From an uncultured Chloroflexia bacterium (GTDB lineage Bacteria; Chloroflexota; Dehalococcoidia; DSTF01; JALHUB01), in assembly GCA_963703345.1 (NCBI GenBank), contig OY969814.1:704001-768000 (forward strand): a stretch of 64,000 nucleotides of DNA, in the 5' to 3' direction. Shown here in pieces: positions 28,987-38,880 of this stretch. The notes beneath the pieces are model-generated. The model worked only from the letters and a program-made list of their open reading frames with translations. It had not been told where the DNA came from and did no database searches. The position numbers were made by a program, and so were the translations under genes. Each line of letters begins with the position of its first letter. Position 1 is the first letter of the stretch.

Positions 28987-29658
28987 TTACAGGCACAGGT
29001 CGCGCCGCTCACAGTAGTCGCAGGAAGAGCCCTCCGCCGGCGTCAGCACGTCCTCCCCCAGCGCTACGGCGAAGGCGATGCTCTTGAACGGATGCAACAC
29101 CCCCGATTCCCGCGCCTCGACGCCTATCTCCCGCGCTCCCACCAGCTCCGCGATCGCCCGCTGCCCCGAAAGCGGCCAATGGCTAGTTCCGGGGTTGAGC
29201 GGAATGCTCGCCTTCACGCCCCGCGCCCGGGCCATCTCTTCGATGAGCGCGTAGCCGGCTTCGCCCGTCTTGCCCAGCGCCACCGATCCGACGGCGTCGA
29301 GGGCGAAGGCGACCGGGTACTCGCGCTGCGCCGCCAGCTCGTCCACCCGCGCCTCCAGCAAAGGCCCTATCGTGTACACCATCAGGACGACCTCGCCCGC
29401 GCTGCCGAACAGCACCGCAACGACCGCACTCTCCAGCGCCGCGCCGTCGCCGACGACCAGTCGCGAGGGGTCGACCGCTGTCACCGGCAAGACCTCGTAC
29501 GCGATTGCCGGCCGCGCCAGCCGCCTGCCCTCCGCCAGCGCCGCATCGACCGCTTTCAGCCAGGCATCGTCGCCCTGCGGCAGGCCCGGCCGCTGCCGCA
29601 GCAGCCGCAGCACCGATTCTCGCTCCAGCTCAACCTCAAAGCCCGTGACCAGCGGCAA
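28987..29658 (-). CDS. B12-dependent methionine synthase activation-domain-like protein
   Basis: YTIGPLLE, ALDAVGS, PLNPG..W, LHPFKS, C-terminal CDYCERRDLC; divergent from the corrinoid protein gene. Confidence 0.75.
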   Translation of the reverse strand: MPLVTGFEVELERESVLRLLRQRPGLPQGDDAWLKAVDAALAEGRRLARPAIAYEVLPVTAVDPSRLVVGDGAALESAVVAVLFGSAGEVVLMVYTIGPLLEARVDELAAQREYPVAFALDAVGSVALGKTGEAGYALIEEMARARGVKASIPLNPGTSHWPLSGQRAIAELVGAREIGVEARESGVLHPFKSIAFAVALGEDVLTPAEGSSCDYCERRDLCL

Positions 29659-29809
29659 GATCGTCCTCCTGTTCGCGATCCCAATCTAAGCCTGCCTCTC
29701 GCGCCCGTCAAACGCCCTCAGGGTTGACGCGTCTTTGAACGATCAGGTAGGCTGAATTGCCGTTGGCCGCAATCGCTCCGACCATCCGACGCGACAGGCC
29801 GGGAAAGAA

Positions 29810-30439
29810 ATGGAACTCGCCGACATTACCCGCAGCCTCATCGAAGGCGACGCCCCGGGCACGGCCGCCCTCACGCAGCAGGCCCTCGACGCCGGCCAGC
29901 CCGCTCACACCATCCTCGACGACGCCCTCATCCCCGGAATGACCCAGGTCGGCGAGCTCTTCGAGAAGAACGAGTACTTCGTGCCGGAGCTCCTGCTCGC
30001 CGCCCGCGCCATGTACGCCGCCCTCGACCTCCTGCGTCCCAGGCTGACCGAGGGCGACTATGAGCCCACCGGCAAAGCGGTCATCGGCACCGTCCAGGGC
30101 GACCTGCACGACATCGGCAAGAAGCTGGTCGGCATCATGCTCGAAGGCAACGGCTTCGCGGTCGTCGACCTTGGTGCGGACGTGGCGCCGGAGAAGTTCC
30201 TGGAGGCCGTGCGGCAGAGCGGCGCCAGGATTGTCGGTCTGTCTGCGCTCCTCACGACGACGCTCCCGTCGATGGAGAAGACCGTCCGCGCCCTCAAGGA
30301 GGTCGACCCGTCGCTGAAGGTCATGGTCGGTGGCGCGCCCGTCACCCAGGCCTTCGCCGACAGCATCGGTGCTGACGGCTACGGCCGCGACGCCAGCGCC
30401 GCCGTCACCCTTGCGCGCCGGCTGCTCGGGAATGCCTGA
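29810..30439 (+). CDS. Corrinoid (B12-binding) methyltransferase cognate protein
   Basis: Cap domain plus GTVQGDLHDIGK (DxHxxG), SALLTTT, MVGGAPV. Confidence 0.95.
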   Translation: MELADITRSLIEGDAPGTAALTQQALDAGQPAHTILDDALIPGMTQVGELFEKNEYFVPELLLAARAMYAALDLLRPRLTEGDYEPTGKAVIGTVQGDLHDIGKKLVGIMLEGNGFAVVDLGADVAPEKFLEAVRQSGARIVGLSALLTTTLPSMEKTVRALKEVDPSLKVMVGGAPVTQAFADSIGADGYGRDASAAVTLARRLLGNA

Positions 30440-32087
30440 AAACGCCCAGCCGCGACTCCTGCGCGTCGCCGTCGACGGCCTCGACCTCGAAATCCTGGTC
30501 GCCGCCGGCGCCTCCCTACTCGACGCCCTGCGCTCAGGCGGAATCGCTGTCGACTCCGAATGCGGCGGTCGGGGCACTTGCGGCGAATGTCGCGTCCGTT
30601 TCCTCGAAGGCGCGCCCCCGCCGACAGTTGAGGACGCCGCCCTTCTTTCCCAGGACGACCTTGCCGCCGGCTGGCGCCTCGCCTGCCTGACGTTCCTCGC
30701 CGCCGACTGCCGCGTCGCCATCCCCCAGCGAGTCGCCCGCGCCCGCCGCGCCCGCATCCGCATCCTGACCGAAGCAACGGCCGCGCCCATCGCTCGCGCC
30801 GAGCAGCGAAGGCGAGCCGGCTACGGCATCGCTGTCGATGTCGGGACTACCACCGTCGTCTGCTACCTGATGGACTTGTCGAAAGCCCTCCAGCTCGGCG
30901 TCGCCTCCTTCGCCAACCCGCAGTCCGCGTTCGGGCCCGATGTCGTCTCCCGCATCGCCTATGCCCATCGCGGCCCGGCGGAGCTGCGCGAGCTGCAGCG
31001 ACGCCTCGTCTCGCACCTGGAAAAGAGCTTCGCCTCGCTCTGCCGGAGCGCGGGCGTGTCTCCCGCCGCCGTCTCAATGATAACGGCGGCGGGAAACATG
31101 ACGATGATGCACCTCCTCCGCGGCGTCGACCCCTGGCCGCTCGGCGTTGCGCCCTACGAGCCGGTCTTCACGGAGCTTCCGCCGTTCCCCGCCCGCGAGA
31201 TCGGCTTCAAGCGATTCGACGGCTGTGAGCTCCAGGTGCTGCCCGGCGTGGGCGGCCATGTCGGCTCCGACATCGTTGCCGGCGTGCTCGGCCTCGACCT
31301 CGCGCGGCGGCCCGGCCTCTCGCTCTTCATCGACCTCGGCACCAACGGCGAAGTCGTCCTCGCCGCGAAGCGAATCATGGCCGGCGCCTCCTGTGCTGCC
31401 GGCCCCGCCTTCGAAGGCGTGCACATCGCCAGCGGCATGCCCGCCCTGCCCGGCGCCATCGAGCGCGTTGACGAAGAAGATGGACGCCTCCGGCTCGACG
31501 CCATAGACGGCGCCGCGCCCGCCGGCCTCTGCGGCAGCGGTCTCATCGACGCCGTCGCCCTGCTGCTTCGTTGCGGCTTGATCCTGCCGTCGGGCCGGTT
31601 CGTCGCGCCCGCGAAAGCCCCCGACGCCTTGCCGCTCGACCTTCGCCGTCGCCTGCGCGAGGACGGTGGAGAGCGCCGCTTCCTCCTCGTCGAGGACGGC
31701 GCGCGCGGCGACATCGCCATCACCCAGCAGGACATTCGCGAGGTGCAGCTCGCCAAGGCCGCCGTCCGCGCCACCATCGACCTCCTCCTTCGCGAAGCGA
31801 GCCTGGAGCCGGAGGCAATCGACGCCGTTTTCGTCGCCGGCGGATTCGGCAGCTCCCTGCGTAGCGAGAGCATCCTGACCCTCGGCATCGTGCCTGAGGG
31901 CGTGCGCGGCCGGATTCACGCCGCCGGCAACACCGCCGGCCTCGGAGCGAAGCTGGCGCTCGTCTACCCGGCGCGCATGCGGGAAGCGCATCGCCTGGCG
32001 CGACGGATGCGGCATGTCGAGCTCGTCAGTCGCGAGGACTTCCGGCAGGCCTTCGCCGAAAGCATGGTCTTCCCTGCACCCGCCTAG
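30432..32087 (+). CDS. ASKHA-domain reductive activator of corrinoid proteins (RamA/RACo, DUF4445) with N-terminal 2Fe-2S domain
   Basis: CGGRGTCGEC...RLAC, DVGTT, DLGTNGE, AAGPAFEG, GLCGSG, QLAKAA, AGGFG; ATG overlaps the upstream gene's 3' end. Confidence 0.92.
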   Translation: MPENAQPRLLRVAVDGLDLEILVAAGASLLDALRSGGIAVDSECGGRGTCGECRVRFLEGAPPPTVEDAALLSQDDLAAGWRLACLTFLAADCRVAIPQRVARARRARIRILTEATAAPIARAEQRRRAGYGIAVDVGTTTVVCYLMDLSKALQLGVASFANPQSAFGPDVVSRIAYAHRGPAELRELQRRLVSHLEKSFASLCRSAGVSPAAVSMITAAGNMTMMHLLRGVDPWPLGVAPYEPVFTELPPFPAREIGFKRFDGCELQVLPGVGGHVGSDIVAGVLGLDLARRPGLSLFIDLGTNGEVVLAAKRIMAGASCAAGPAFEGVHIASGMPALPGAIERVDEEDGRLRLDAIDGAAPAGLCGSGLIDAVALLLRCGLILPSGRFVAPAKAPDALPLDLRRRLREDGGERRFLLVEDGARGDIAITQQDIREVQLAKAAVRATIDLLLREASLEPEAIDAVFVAGGFGSSLRSESILTLGIVPEGVRGRIHAAGNTAGLGAKLALVYPARMREAHRLARRMRHVELVSREDFRQAFAESMVFPAPA

Positions 32088-32932
32088 CCCAGCTCGATCT
32101 GGAAGCGGTCGCGGAAGCGCGAGAGCACGTCCAGCACCGGCCGTCCGACCGCGACGATGAGTACGACGTTCGCCAGCGCCCGCCAGACGTCCCAGCCCGC
32201 CGATGTCAGCAGGTAGAACGACCAGTAGTGTCGCAGCGTCTCGCCCAGCCCCAGACCCGGCTGCCACGAGATGCTTTCGCCCGAGGCCATGAACGGCCAG
32301 AACCACAGGTTCATCGCCGCGCCGAAGAGAAATCCCCAGCCGACCCCAAACGTGCACAGGCAGCCCAGCTCCAGCAAGCGGTGTCGGCCCAGCGTGCCGC
32401 GGAACGCCCCCAGCCAGCCGGCCGTCATTCCCACCCAGCCGGCGCAGAACACCTGGAACGGCAGCCATGGCCCGAAGCCGCCGATAGCGAACGTCGAGAC
32501 GAACATCGCGCCCGCGCCCAGCAAGAATCCGAAGCGCGCCCCGAACACGTACCCGCCCAGGATGACCGCGAAGAAGAACGCCGTCGCGCCCGCCGGCAGC
32601 GTCGGGATCCGCAGCACCGCCGCCAGCATCATCAGCGTTGCCAGCGCCGACGCTGTCTTAGCGTTCATCCCCTGGCTTCCCAGCTCCAGCACGAAGAGAA
32701 GGAGCGTCAGCGCCAGCGTCAGCCCGAACAGGAGCGGCGCGTCGCTGGTGTGCGGCTGCCCCATGCTCGACGATCTGGTCCCGCCGGAGAGGAACAGCGG
32801 GTACAGGAAGGCGACGAGCCCTACGATGCTGGTCGCCGCCAGCGTCACGCCCGACCAGACGCCCAGCGACGGCGCAGCGCGTCCGCCCGCCCGCCCCTCG
32901 ACGGCCCCTAAGAGCGCTTCAGCCCTAGCCAC
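32084..32932 (-). CDS. ECF transporter S component (CbrT-like, cobalamin)
   Basis: Multi-TM; GARFGFLLG, GGFGPWLPFQ, MNLWFWPF; last gene of the riboswitch operon. Confidence 0.82.
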   Translation of the reverse strand: MARAEALLGAVEGRAGGRAAPSLGVWSGVTLAATSIVGLVAFLYPLFLSGGTRSSSMGQPHTSDAPLLFGLTLALTLLLFVLELGSQGMNAKTASALATLMMLAAVLRIPTLPAGATAFFFAVILGGYVFGARFGFLLGAGAMFVSTFAIGGFGPWLPFQVFCAGWVGMTAGWLGAFRGTLGRHRLLELGCLCTFGVGWGFLFGAAMNLWFWPFMASGESISWQPGLGLGETLRHYWSFYLLTSAGWDVWRALANVVLIVAVGRPVLDVLSRFRDRFQIELG

Positions 32933-33698
32933 GTCCGCGCCCCCTGAAGAGTACGAGCGACGTCATCGCCAGCGCCGACGCCACGGCCGCGAAGAGCGCG
33001 ATCTGCCACGTGGGCCTGCTTCCGAAGCCGCCGCCGCTCGCCGGGGCAATTGTTAACGTAGCCGACGGAGAGGGACCGGCTGTCGACGTTGGCGCTGCGA
33101 CAATCCTGGGCGTTTCAACCTGAGCCGTTGAAACTCGCACCGGCGTAGCTGTTGCGCCCGGTTGCGCGACAACGCCTTCGACGTGGGAATCGGGCGTCGC
33201 CGTCGGAGGAGGCGTCGGCGTAAGCGGTGGACAGATCGCGTCGAAGCTGCTCGCCGCCGGCTGCGTGCCCGTCCCGATGCCGCCGGCGCCCCATGCCCAG
33301 CCGTCGACGTCGCCGTCGTGCACCTTGCGCAGCGACGACCCCACGGCGGAGTACCGCCAGCCGCCGTCTTCGAGCGTGTAGTACGCCCAGTAGCGGCAGC
33401 CGCCGCCGTGGCACTGGCAGAAGCAGTCGCCGGGGTTCTCGCAGCCCACGCCGTCGATGCCGCACACGGCCGCGCCCCCGCTCCCGCTCATCGTGACGAT
33501 CTGCAGTCCGGCGCGACTCAGCAGCTCCGCGCCGCTGATCTCCGCCTCCGTGAACTCGACGCAGACGCTCTCGCTGCGCCCGTCCTCGAAGCTTACGACA
33601 ACGCCCGCGCTGTTCGGCCCCTCGGCGCTCCCTCTCGACGGCGCCGCAAGAGATACGAGGATCGCGATGCAGGCGACGACGAGTCCCAATCGCCTCAT
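32925..33698 (-). CDS. Membrane-anchored Cys-rich extracellular protein (DUF4430-like)
   Basis: Signal peptide; VCGIDGVGC, YWAYY...WRYSAVG...DGDVDGWAW; C-terminal TM. Confidence 0.65.
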   Translation of the reverse strand: MRRLGLVVACIAILVSLAAPSRGSAEGPNSAGVVVSFEDGRSESVCVEFTEAEISGAELLSRAGLQIVTMSGSGGAAVCGIDGVGCENPGDCFCQCHGGGCRYWAYYTLEDGGWRYSAVGSSLRKVHDGDVDGWAWGAGGIGTGTQPAASSFDAICPPLTPTPPPTATPDSHVEGVVAQPGATATPVRVSTAQVETPRIVAAPTSTAGPSPSATLTIAPASGGGFGSRPTWQIALFAAVASALAMTSLVLFRGRGRG

Positions 33699-35284
33699 GA
33701 CTGCTTCTCCCCGAGCACGTCTTCCACCGTCAGGTAGCGCCCTCCGAACAGCTTGTTCACCTGCGTGCTGAACGTAACCGACTCCGTCAGAACGTCACGC
33801 ACGCCGCCGCTCGCCACCACCCTGCCCTCCGCCAGCAGCACCACCCGCTGCGCACAGCCCGCCACGAGCTCGACGTCGTGGCTGGCCAGCAGCACGGCGC
33901 ACCCCTCGCGGCAACGACGCCGCAGGTTCGCGATGAGCAGCTCCTTCGTCTCGTAGTCCATGCCGCGCGTCGGCTCGTCCAGCAGGATGACTTGAGGCTG
34001 GCCCGCCAGCATCGCCGCCAGCGCCGCCCGCTGCCTTTCGCCGGCGCTCAGGTCCCGCGGGTGCGCCCGTCGCAGCGACTCCAGCCGCCATTCCGTCATG
34101 GCCTCGTCCACCGTCCCCGGCCGGCCGGTCCCGCGCAGCGTGTCGGCCACCTCCGCCTCGACGCTGTCGCGGAAGAGCACCGACGCCGGGTCCTGGGGCA
34201 CGAACGCCACCGCGCGGCAGAGCTCCTCCGTGCTGCTCTTGCCGGTCTCGCGGTCAAGCACCCGCAGCGACCCCTTTCGCGGCGCCATCAACCCGACCAA
34301 CGACCGCAGCAGCGTCGTCTTGCCGGCGCCGTTCCTTCCCATGAGGGCGACGATCTCTCCCGCCTCAACTTCGAGCGACACGTCCGCCAGCGCGTCGCGA
34401 CTGCCGTAAGAGGCGCAGAGGCCTTCCACTCGCACCCTGCTTCCATCGACCGCGACGGCCGGCTCCTCCGGGAAGACGCCGTCCCGCCCTCGCTCTCCGA
34501 CGAAGCGCTTCCCTTCCCGCACCGACAGCGGCAGCGGCTGCCAGCCCAACGCTCTCCCCAGCCGAGCGACCGGCGGCGCCAGCGGCAGACGCGCCATCGC
34601 CTCCCGCACGGGATACGACGCCAGGGAGCCGTCGCCGGGCAAATAAAGCACGCGGTCGACGTACTGCACCACGCGCTCCAGCCGGTGCTCCGCAATGACC
34701 ACGGTCAGCCCCAGGTCGCTGTTGAGTCGCTGCACGGTCGTCAGCACCTCTTCCGCCGCCTGCGGGTCGAGTTGCGACGTGGGCTCGTCCAGCACCAGCG
34801 TCTTCGGCTGCATCGTCAGCACGGCGCCGATTGCCACCCGCTGCAACTCGCCGCCGGAGAGCGTGTCCAGCCGCCGCCTTCGCAGGTGGCTGATGCCGAG
34901 CACGTCCAGCGCCTCCTCCACCCGCTTGCGCATCGTCAGGCGCGGCACGCCCAGGTTCTCCATCCCGAACGCCAGCTCGTCCTCAACCACGTCGGCCACG
35001 AACTGGCTTTCCGGGTCCTGGAACACCATCCCCACGCTCCGCGCCAGGTCGCGCGGCTGCCGGCTCAACGTGTCCAGCCCGTCGACGACGACCCGTCCGG
35101 CGAATTGCCCGCCGTGGAAGTGCGGTACAAGGCCGTTCAAACAGCGCAGGAACGTCGACTTCCCGCCGCCCGACGGCCCGACAACCAGCACCGCCTCGCC
35201 GTCCGCAATCGACAGCGACAGGTCGCTCAGGATGGGCCTCGAGGCGTGCGGATAAGTGAAAGTCAGGCCGCTAATCTCAATCAT
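33695..35284 (-). CDS. ECF transporter tandem ATPase
   Basis: Two ABC cassettes: GPSGGGKS/LSGGE/LDEPT and GRNGAGKT/LSAGE/LDEPT; start at MIEISG. Confidence 0.93.
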   Translation of the reverse strand: MIEISGLTFTYPHASRPILSDLSLSIADGEAVLVVGPSGGGKSTFLRCLNGLVPHFHGGQFAGRVVVDGLDTLSRQPRDLARSVGMVFQDPESQFVADVVEDELAFGMENLGVPRLTMRKRVEEALDVLGISHLRRRRLDTLSGGELQRVAIGAVLTMQPKTLVLDEPTSQLDPQAAEEVLTTVQRLNSDLGLTVVIAEHRLERVVQYVDRVLYLPGDGSLASYPVREAMARLPLAPPVARLGRALGWQPLPLSVREGKRFVGERGRDGVFPEEPAVAVDGSRVRVEGLCASYGSRDALADVSLEVEAGEIVALMGRNGAGKTTLLRSLVGLMAPRKGSLRVLDRETGKSSTEELCRAVAFVPQDPASVLFRDSVEAEVADTLRGTGRPGTVDEAMTEWRLESLRRAHPRDLSAGERQRAALAAMLAGQPQVILLDEPTRGMDYETKELLIANLRRRCREGCAVLLASHDVELVAGCAQRVVLLAEGRVVASGGVRDVLTESVTFSTQVNKLFGGRYLTVEDVLGEKQS

Positions 35285-36407
35285 CGCCGCCCTCGCTTGC
35301 GTCTCCCGACGACGCCGTCGCGCGAAAAGCCGGCGCCAGAAGAAGGAGCACGGCAATCACGACGGCGGGGCTGAACTGCGGCAGCGACGCCGTCGGATAG
35401 GGGAAATAGTCGATGTCCGCGACGCCAAGGACCCGGAGCGCCGCCAGCATCACCACCGCCAGCAGCGCGCAGCCGGCGACCAGCGCCGAAGGCATCGGGA
35501 GCGGCTCCTGCGAATAGCGCGTCGCCTCGACCCCGCGACCGCGCGTCTTCAGCGCCAGCATCGCCGCCACAGCGCTTGCAGCTACGGCTGTGAACGCCGG
35601 CAGCGCGAAGTGTCGGTCGTAAGCGTAGGCGGACACGCCGCCGGCCAGCAGCGCGACGGACGCGGTCGCTGCGAGCCGCGTCGTCCAACCCAAAACAGCG
35701 GGCCCCGCGCCGAAGCCGCGCGCATCCAGCGATTCCGCCCTTTGGATCGACCGCTCCAGCGCTCCGGCAAGCACCGGAACGACGAACGCGCCGGCGTCCC
35801 TCACGCCCCGCAGTCGCCGCCCGCGGAGGCGCTGCGCTTGAGATACCGCCCTTGCCTGGGCGAAAGCCTGCGGCAGCAGCAGCACGGAGACCGTCACGAT
35901 GACGCCTAGCTGTCGGAGCGCGCGCGGAACCAGTCGCAGCAGGCGATAGTGGTCGACGCCGACGTTGAAGGCCGTCGCGAACAGCAGCAGCGCGATGAGT
36001 CGCAAAGCGCGGCTCGTGGCGTACAGTAGCGCTTCCAGCGTCGCGTCGCCGCCGAAAGTCACGCCGCCGAGCCAGTTAGGGAAGGTCAGCCGCGGCAGCT
36101 CGACCAGCGTCGTCGAGCCGCTGCTGCCGGTGAGCACGTTAAACGGCACGCTCAGCACCGCGAAGAAAAGCCCTATCTTCACGATGAAGCCGTAGGCGCC
36201 GCGCCGCCGTCGCGCCGGTAGCGACGCGTAGACCACCAGCCCGACGAGGCAGGCGGTCGCCAGGTAGAGCGGGTTCGCCGTCAGAAACACGCCGACGGAG
36301 GCCGCGAGCAGCCACGCCGACCACGCCTTCGCCTGAAGGGGAGGCGCTGCCGCCTTCGCCCTCGACGCCCGAACGACCCTGCTCGATGCCGCCTCGCTGC
36401 GCGCCAT
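35277..36407 (-). CDS. ECF transporter T component
   Basis: Multi-TM with AQRLRG and AESLDARGF coupling motifs. Confidence 0.88.
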   Translation of the reverse strand: MARSEAASSRVVRASRAKAAAPPLQAKAWSAWLLAASVGVFLTANPLYLATACLVGLVVYASLPARRRRGAYGFIVKIGLFFAVLSVPFNVLTGSSGSTTLVELPRLTFPNWLGGVTFGGDATLEALLYATSRALRLIALLLFATAFNVGVDHYRLLRLVPRALRQLGVIVTVSVLLLPQAFAQARAVSQAQRLRGRRLRGVRDAGAFVVPVLAGALERSIQRAESLDARGFGAGPAVLGWTTRLAATASVALLAGGVSAYAYDRHFALPAFTAVAASAVAAMLALKTRGRGVEATRYSQEPLPMPSALVAGCALLAVVMLAALRVLGVADIDYFPYPTASLPQFSPAVVIAVLLLLAPAFRATASSGDASEGGDD

Positions 36408-36409
36408 GC

Positions 36410-37645
36410 CTACCGCCTCCGCGAGACGCCCATAAGCGCGCCGCCGCCCAGACAGACGGCAGCGACGAGCAAGAGCGCCGTCGTCGCTGCCGGCGTTCCG
36501 GCGTCCGCCCCCTGGCCGGCGGAAACGAGCGCCCGCGGCGCGTCAAGCGGAGCCGCATCCCCTGGCGCGACCGTCGCCGACAACACAACCGAAACCGGCG
36601 TTGCCTCCGGCGACGGCATGGAAGCCACCGCTGGCACGGGCGTCAACGTCGGTTCCGGCGTCCTCGTTCTCGTCGCGACCGGCGTGCGCGTGGGGTGCGG
36701 CGTCGCCGTCGATTTCGGCGGCAGGAGGAGCGGCTGCAGCAGCAGCGCCGGGACGGCCTGATAGGTGGCGTAGGCGTTGTCATCGCCGGCGTAAGTGAAA
36801 GCGCCGGTTGTGGCGTCGCGGAAGGCGAGCAGCGCCTGCATCGGCGTCTGGCCCGCCTTCTCCCATGGCTCGCCGGCGTCGATGTCCTCGCCCGCCGCGA
36901 CGAGCGCCTGCAGGACGAACGCCGTCGAGTTCGCATCAGAATCGCCGGGCGCGACGTACGGGAAGCCGCAGTCGCCATTCTGCGACGCCTTAAAGTACGC
37001 TATGGCCGCCTGCACCGCGCCGTCGGACTTCGACACGCCGGCCGCCAGCAGCGCTTGAAGTACCATCGCCGTGCTGTTCGTATCGCAGCCGAAGCCATCG
37101 CTGAACTCCCAACAACCGCCCGCCTGCTGCTTCGAATCGAGGACCCCCACGCTGCCGGCAGCCGGCGCCAGCCGTAGGCTCTTCCGCGCCAGCAGGTACA
37201 GCGCCTGGTCGATGACCTGCACACCGTAGACGTGCGTCGCGCCGTCGTAGAACGACTCCATCTTCGCCACGTAGTCCGTCCCCGCGAAGTCGTGCGGGTC
37301 TTGAGATACCGCCTTCAGCACGATGACCAGCTTCGCCGCGTGGTCTGCCGACGCCGCGTAAGCCGCTGCCTGAGTCTCCATATAGTCGAGCGGCGAATGA
37401 CCGCCCTTCCTGACGTCGTCCGGGTCGACCCCCGCGGCCGCGAACGCCAGCATCGCGTCGAGCGTTCCGCCCGCCGACGAGTCGCTGCCGTACGAAGGGA
37501 AGCCCCCGTCCGCGTTCTGGAGCGTGCGGATGTAGTCCAGCGCCTGCTGCGCGGCGTCGTGCTGAGGCGTCGCCCCCAGCGCCGTCGTCGCGCCGGCGAA
37601 CACGCAGGCAAATGCAAGCAATAAAGCCATGATTCGGCGAGACAC
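36410..37645 (-). CDS. Secreted/anchored prenyltransferase-squalene-oxidase-repeat (alpha/alpha barrel) protein
   Basis: QNADGGF, QQAGGCW, QNGDCGF repeats, DTNSTA/DANSTA; signal peptide and C-terminal TM; GTG start after AAAGGA. Confidence 0.8.
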   Translation of the reverse strand: MSRRIMALLLAFACVFAGATTALGATPQHDAAQQALDYIRTLQNADGGFPSYGSDSSAGGTLDAMLAFAAAGVDPDDVRKGGHSPLDYMETQAAAYAASADHAAKLVIVLKAVSQDPHDFAGTDYVAKMESFYDGATHVYGVQVIDQALYLLARKSLRLAPAAGSVGVLDSKQQAGGCWEFSDGFGCDTNSTAMVLQALLAAGVSKSDGAVQAAIAYFKASQNGDCGFPYVAPGDSDANSTAFVLQALVAAGEDIDAGEPWEKAGQTPMQALLAFRDATTGAFTYAGDDNAYATYQAVPALLLQPLLLPPKSTATPHPTRTPVATRTRTPEPTLTPVPAVASMPSPEATPVSVVLSATVAPGDAAPLDAPRALVSAGQGADAGTPAATTALLLVAAVCLGGGALMGVSRRR

Positions 37646-37699
37646 GAGAATTCCTTTCGCTATGTCCCAAGTGGCAGCCTGGCTGGAGGCTGGAGGGCA

Positions 37700-37730
37700 C
37701 AAAAACGCCCGGCCTGGCGACCGGGTTGCG
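37700..37730 (-). terminator. Intrinsic terminator, likely the riboswitch expression platform
   Basis: Minus strand cccggtcgccaggccggg hairpin followed by cgTTTTT. Confidence 0.6.
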
Positions 37731-37787
37731 CTACGTCGGAGCGCCCATGATATCCGTCCCCCTTTCAAGCGAAGGTACTCGGATCGA

Positions 37788-37898
37788 ACAGGGGCGGGTA
37801 TCCTGGCTCGTCGGTCAACGCCGACTTACAGTTGCGCGACAGCGCCGGACTCTCACCGGCTTCCCCCGACATGATCCGCCCGCGGCGGACCCCCCTGT
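37788..37898 (-). ncRNA. Cobalamin riboswitch
   Basis: Minus strand GGGAA-GCCGGTGAGAGTCCGGC-GCTGTCGCGCAACTGT...GAGCCAGGA (B12 box), upstream of the ECF operon. Confidence 0.92.
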
Positions 37899-38103
37899 CG
37901 GCCCCCTATGTGGTTGTTACCGCCAATGTACCAGCCGCTGCGGCCGCCCGTCAACCGCGACGCCGCGACCCCATCGACGGCCCTCTTCCGGCCGTCCGCC
38001 TCAATTCGCCGAATCTACGCCATCCGAAGTAGGGGAGTCTGTGAGCCGAAGTAGGTGATTGTCTGATTCTTCGGCGACACCCGCTCCTGGATAATGGCCG
38101 CTT

Positions 38104-38841
38104 GTGAGTGCTTCGCCGGGATCGGGAGGCGCGAAGCGGCACGGGGATAAGGTTCTCCGCGGGCAAGACGCCTCCGCCCAACCAGCACGGCCCGCTCAAC
38201 CGCCACCCATAACGAGCGGGGCCCAACAGCCGGCCGCCACAGCTAGAGCGGCGCCGGCCAGCCCCTCTTCCGGCGAAGGCCCCTTACGACCGCGACGCCT
38301 CGGCCTGCTTCTTGCCGCTTACCTGCTCAGCGCCTTCGCCCTCGTCCTCTCCCGCGACGCCCTGGCGACCGCGACGCCCCGCAGCTCCTTCGACAGCCGC
38401 GCCATGGTAGCGCGAGTCGTCGTCGGCGTCTCCCAGGCGCGCGCCGACACCGTCCGGCAGGTCCTCGCTGCCGAAGCGACGCGCCCGACACCGCCTCCGC
38501 CCGCGCCGACGCCCGCTACCGATGTCAGCCCGCCGTCCGCGAGCTCCGACGGCGCAGTGCACGGCATCGCCACCTGGTACGGCGGTTCCGATGGCTACGA
38601 CTCCGACGACACCATGGCCGACGGCTCGCCCTTCAACCCCGACGACCCGACAATCGCCGCCGCCAACGACTGGCCGCTCGGCGCCTGGCTTGCCGTCTGC
38701 CACGAAGCCCGCTGCATCCGCGTCCGCGTCAGCGACCGCGGCAGCTTCAGCCACGCCGTCGACCTCTCCCGCGGCGCCTTCGCCCAGTTGGCCCCCCTCT
38801 CCAGCGGCGTCATCGACGTCACCGTCCGGCCCCTCTCCTGA
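38104..38841 (+). CDS. RlpA-like double-psi beta-barrel protein (start uncertain)
   Basis: GIATWYG, TMADG, AAA..WPLG, VRVSDRG, VDLSRGAFAQLA; a TM/signal segment upstream. Confidence 0.8.
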   Translation: MSASPGSGGAKRHGDKVLRGQDASAQPARPAQPPPITSGAQQPAATARAAPASPSSGEGPLRPRRLGLLLAAYLLSAFALVLSRDALATATPRSSFDSRAMVARVVVGVSQARADTVRQVLAAEATRPTPPPPAPTPATDVSPPSASSDGAVHGIATWYGGSDGYDSDDTMADGSPFNPDDPTIAAANDWPLGAWLAVCHEARCIRVRVSDRGSFSHAVDLSRGAFAQLAPLSSGVIDVTVRPLS

Positions 38842-38880
38842 TTGACGCTTGAGGCTGTCGCCCCCTACACTTGAATCGAG

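Noticed and set aside
38000-38155. Definite ydaO/c-di-AMP riboswitch call
   Set aside because: The conserved 3' motif (CCCGAACCCG..AGCTAAC) is not found; left only as a low-interest finding.
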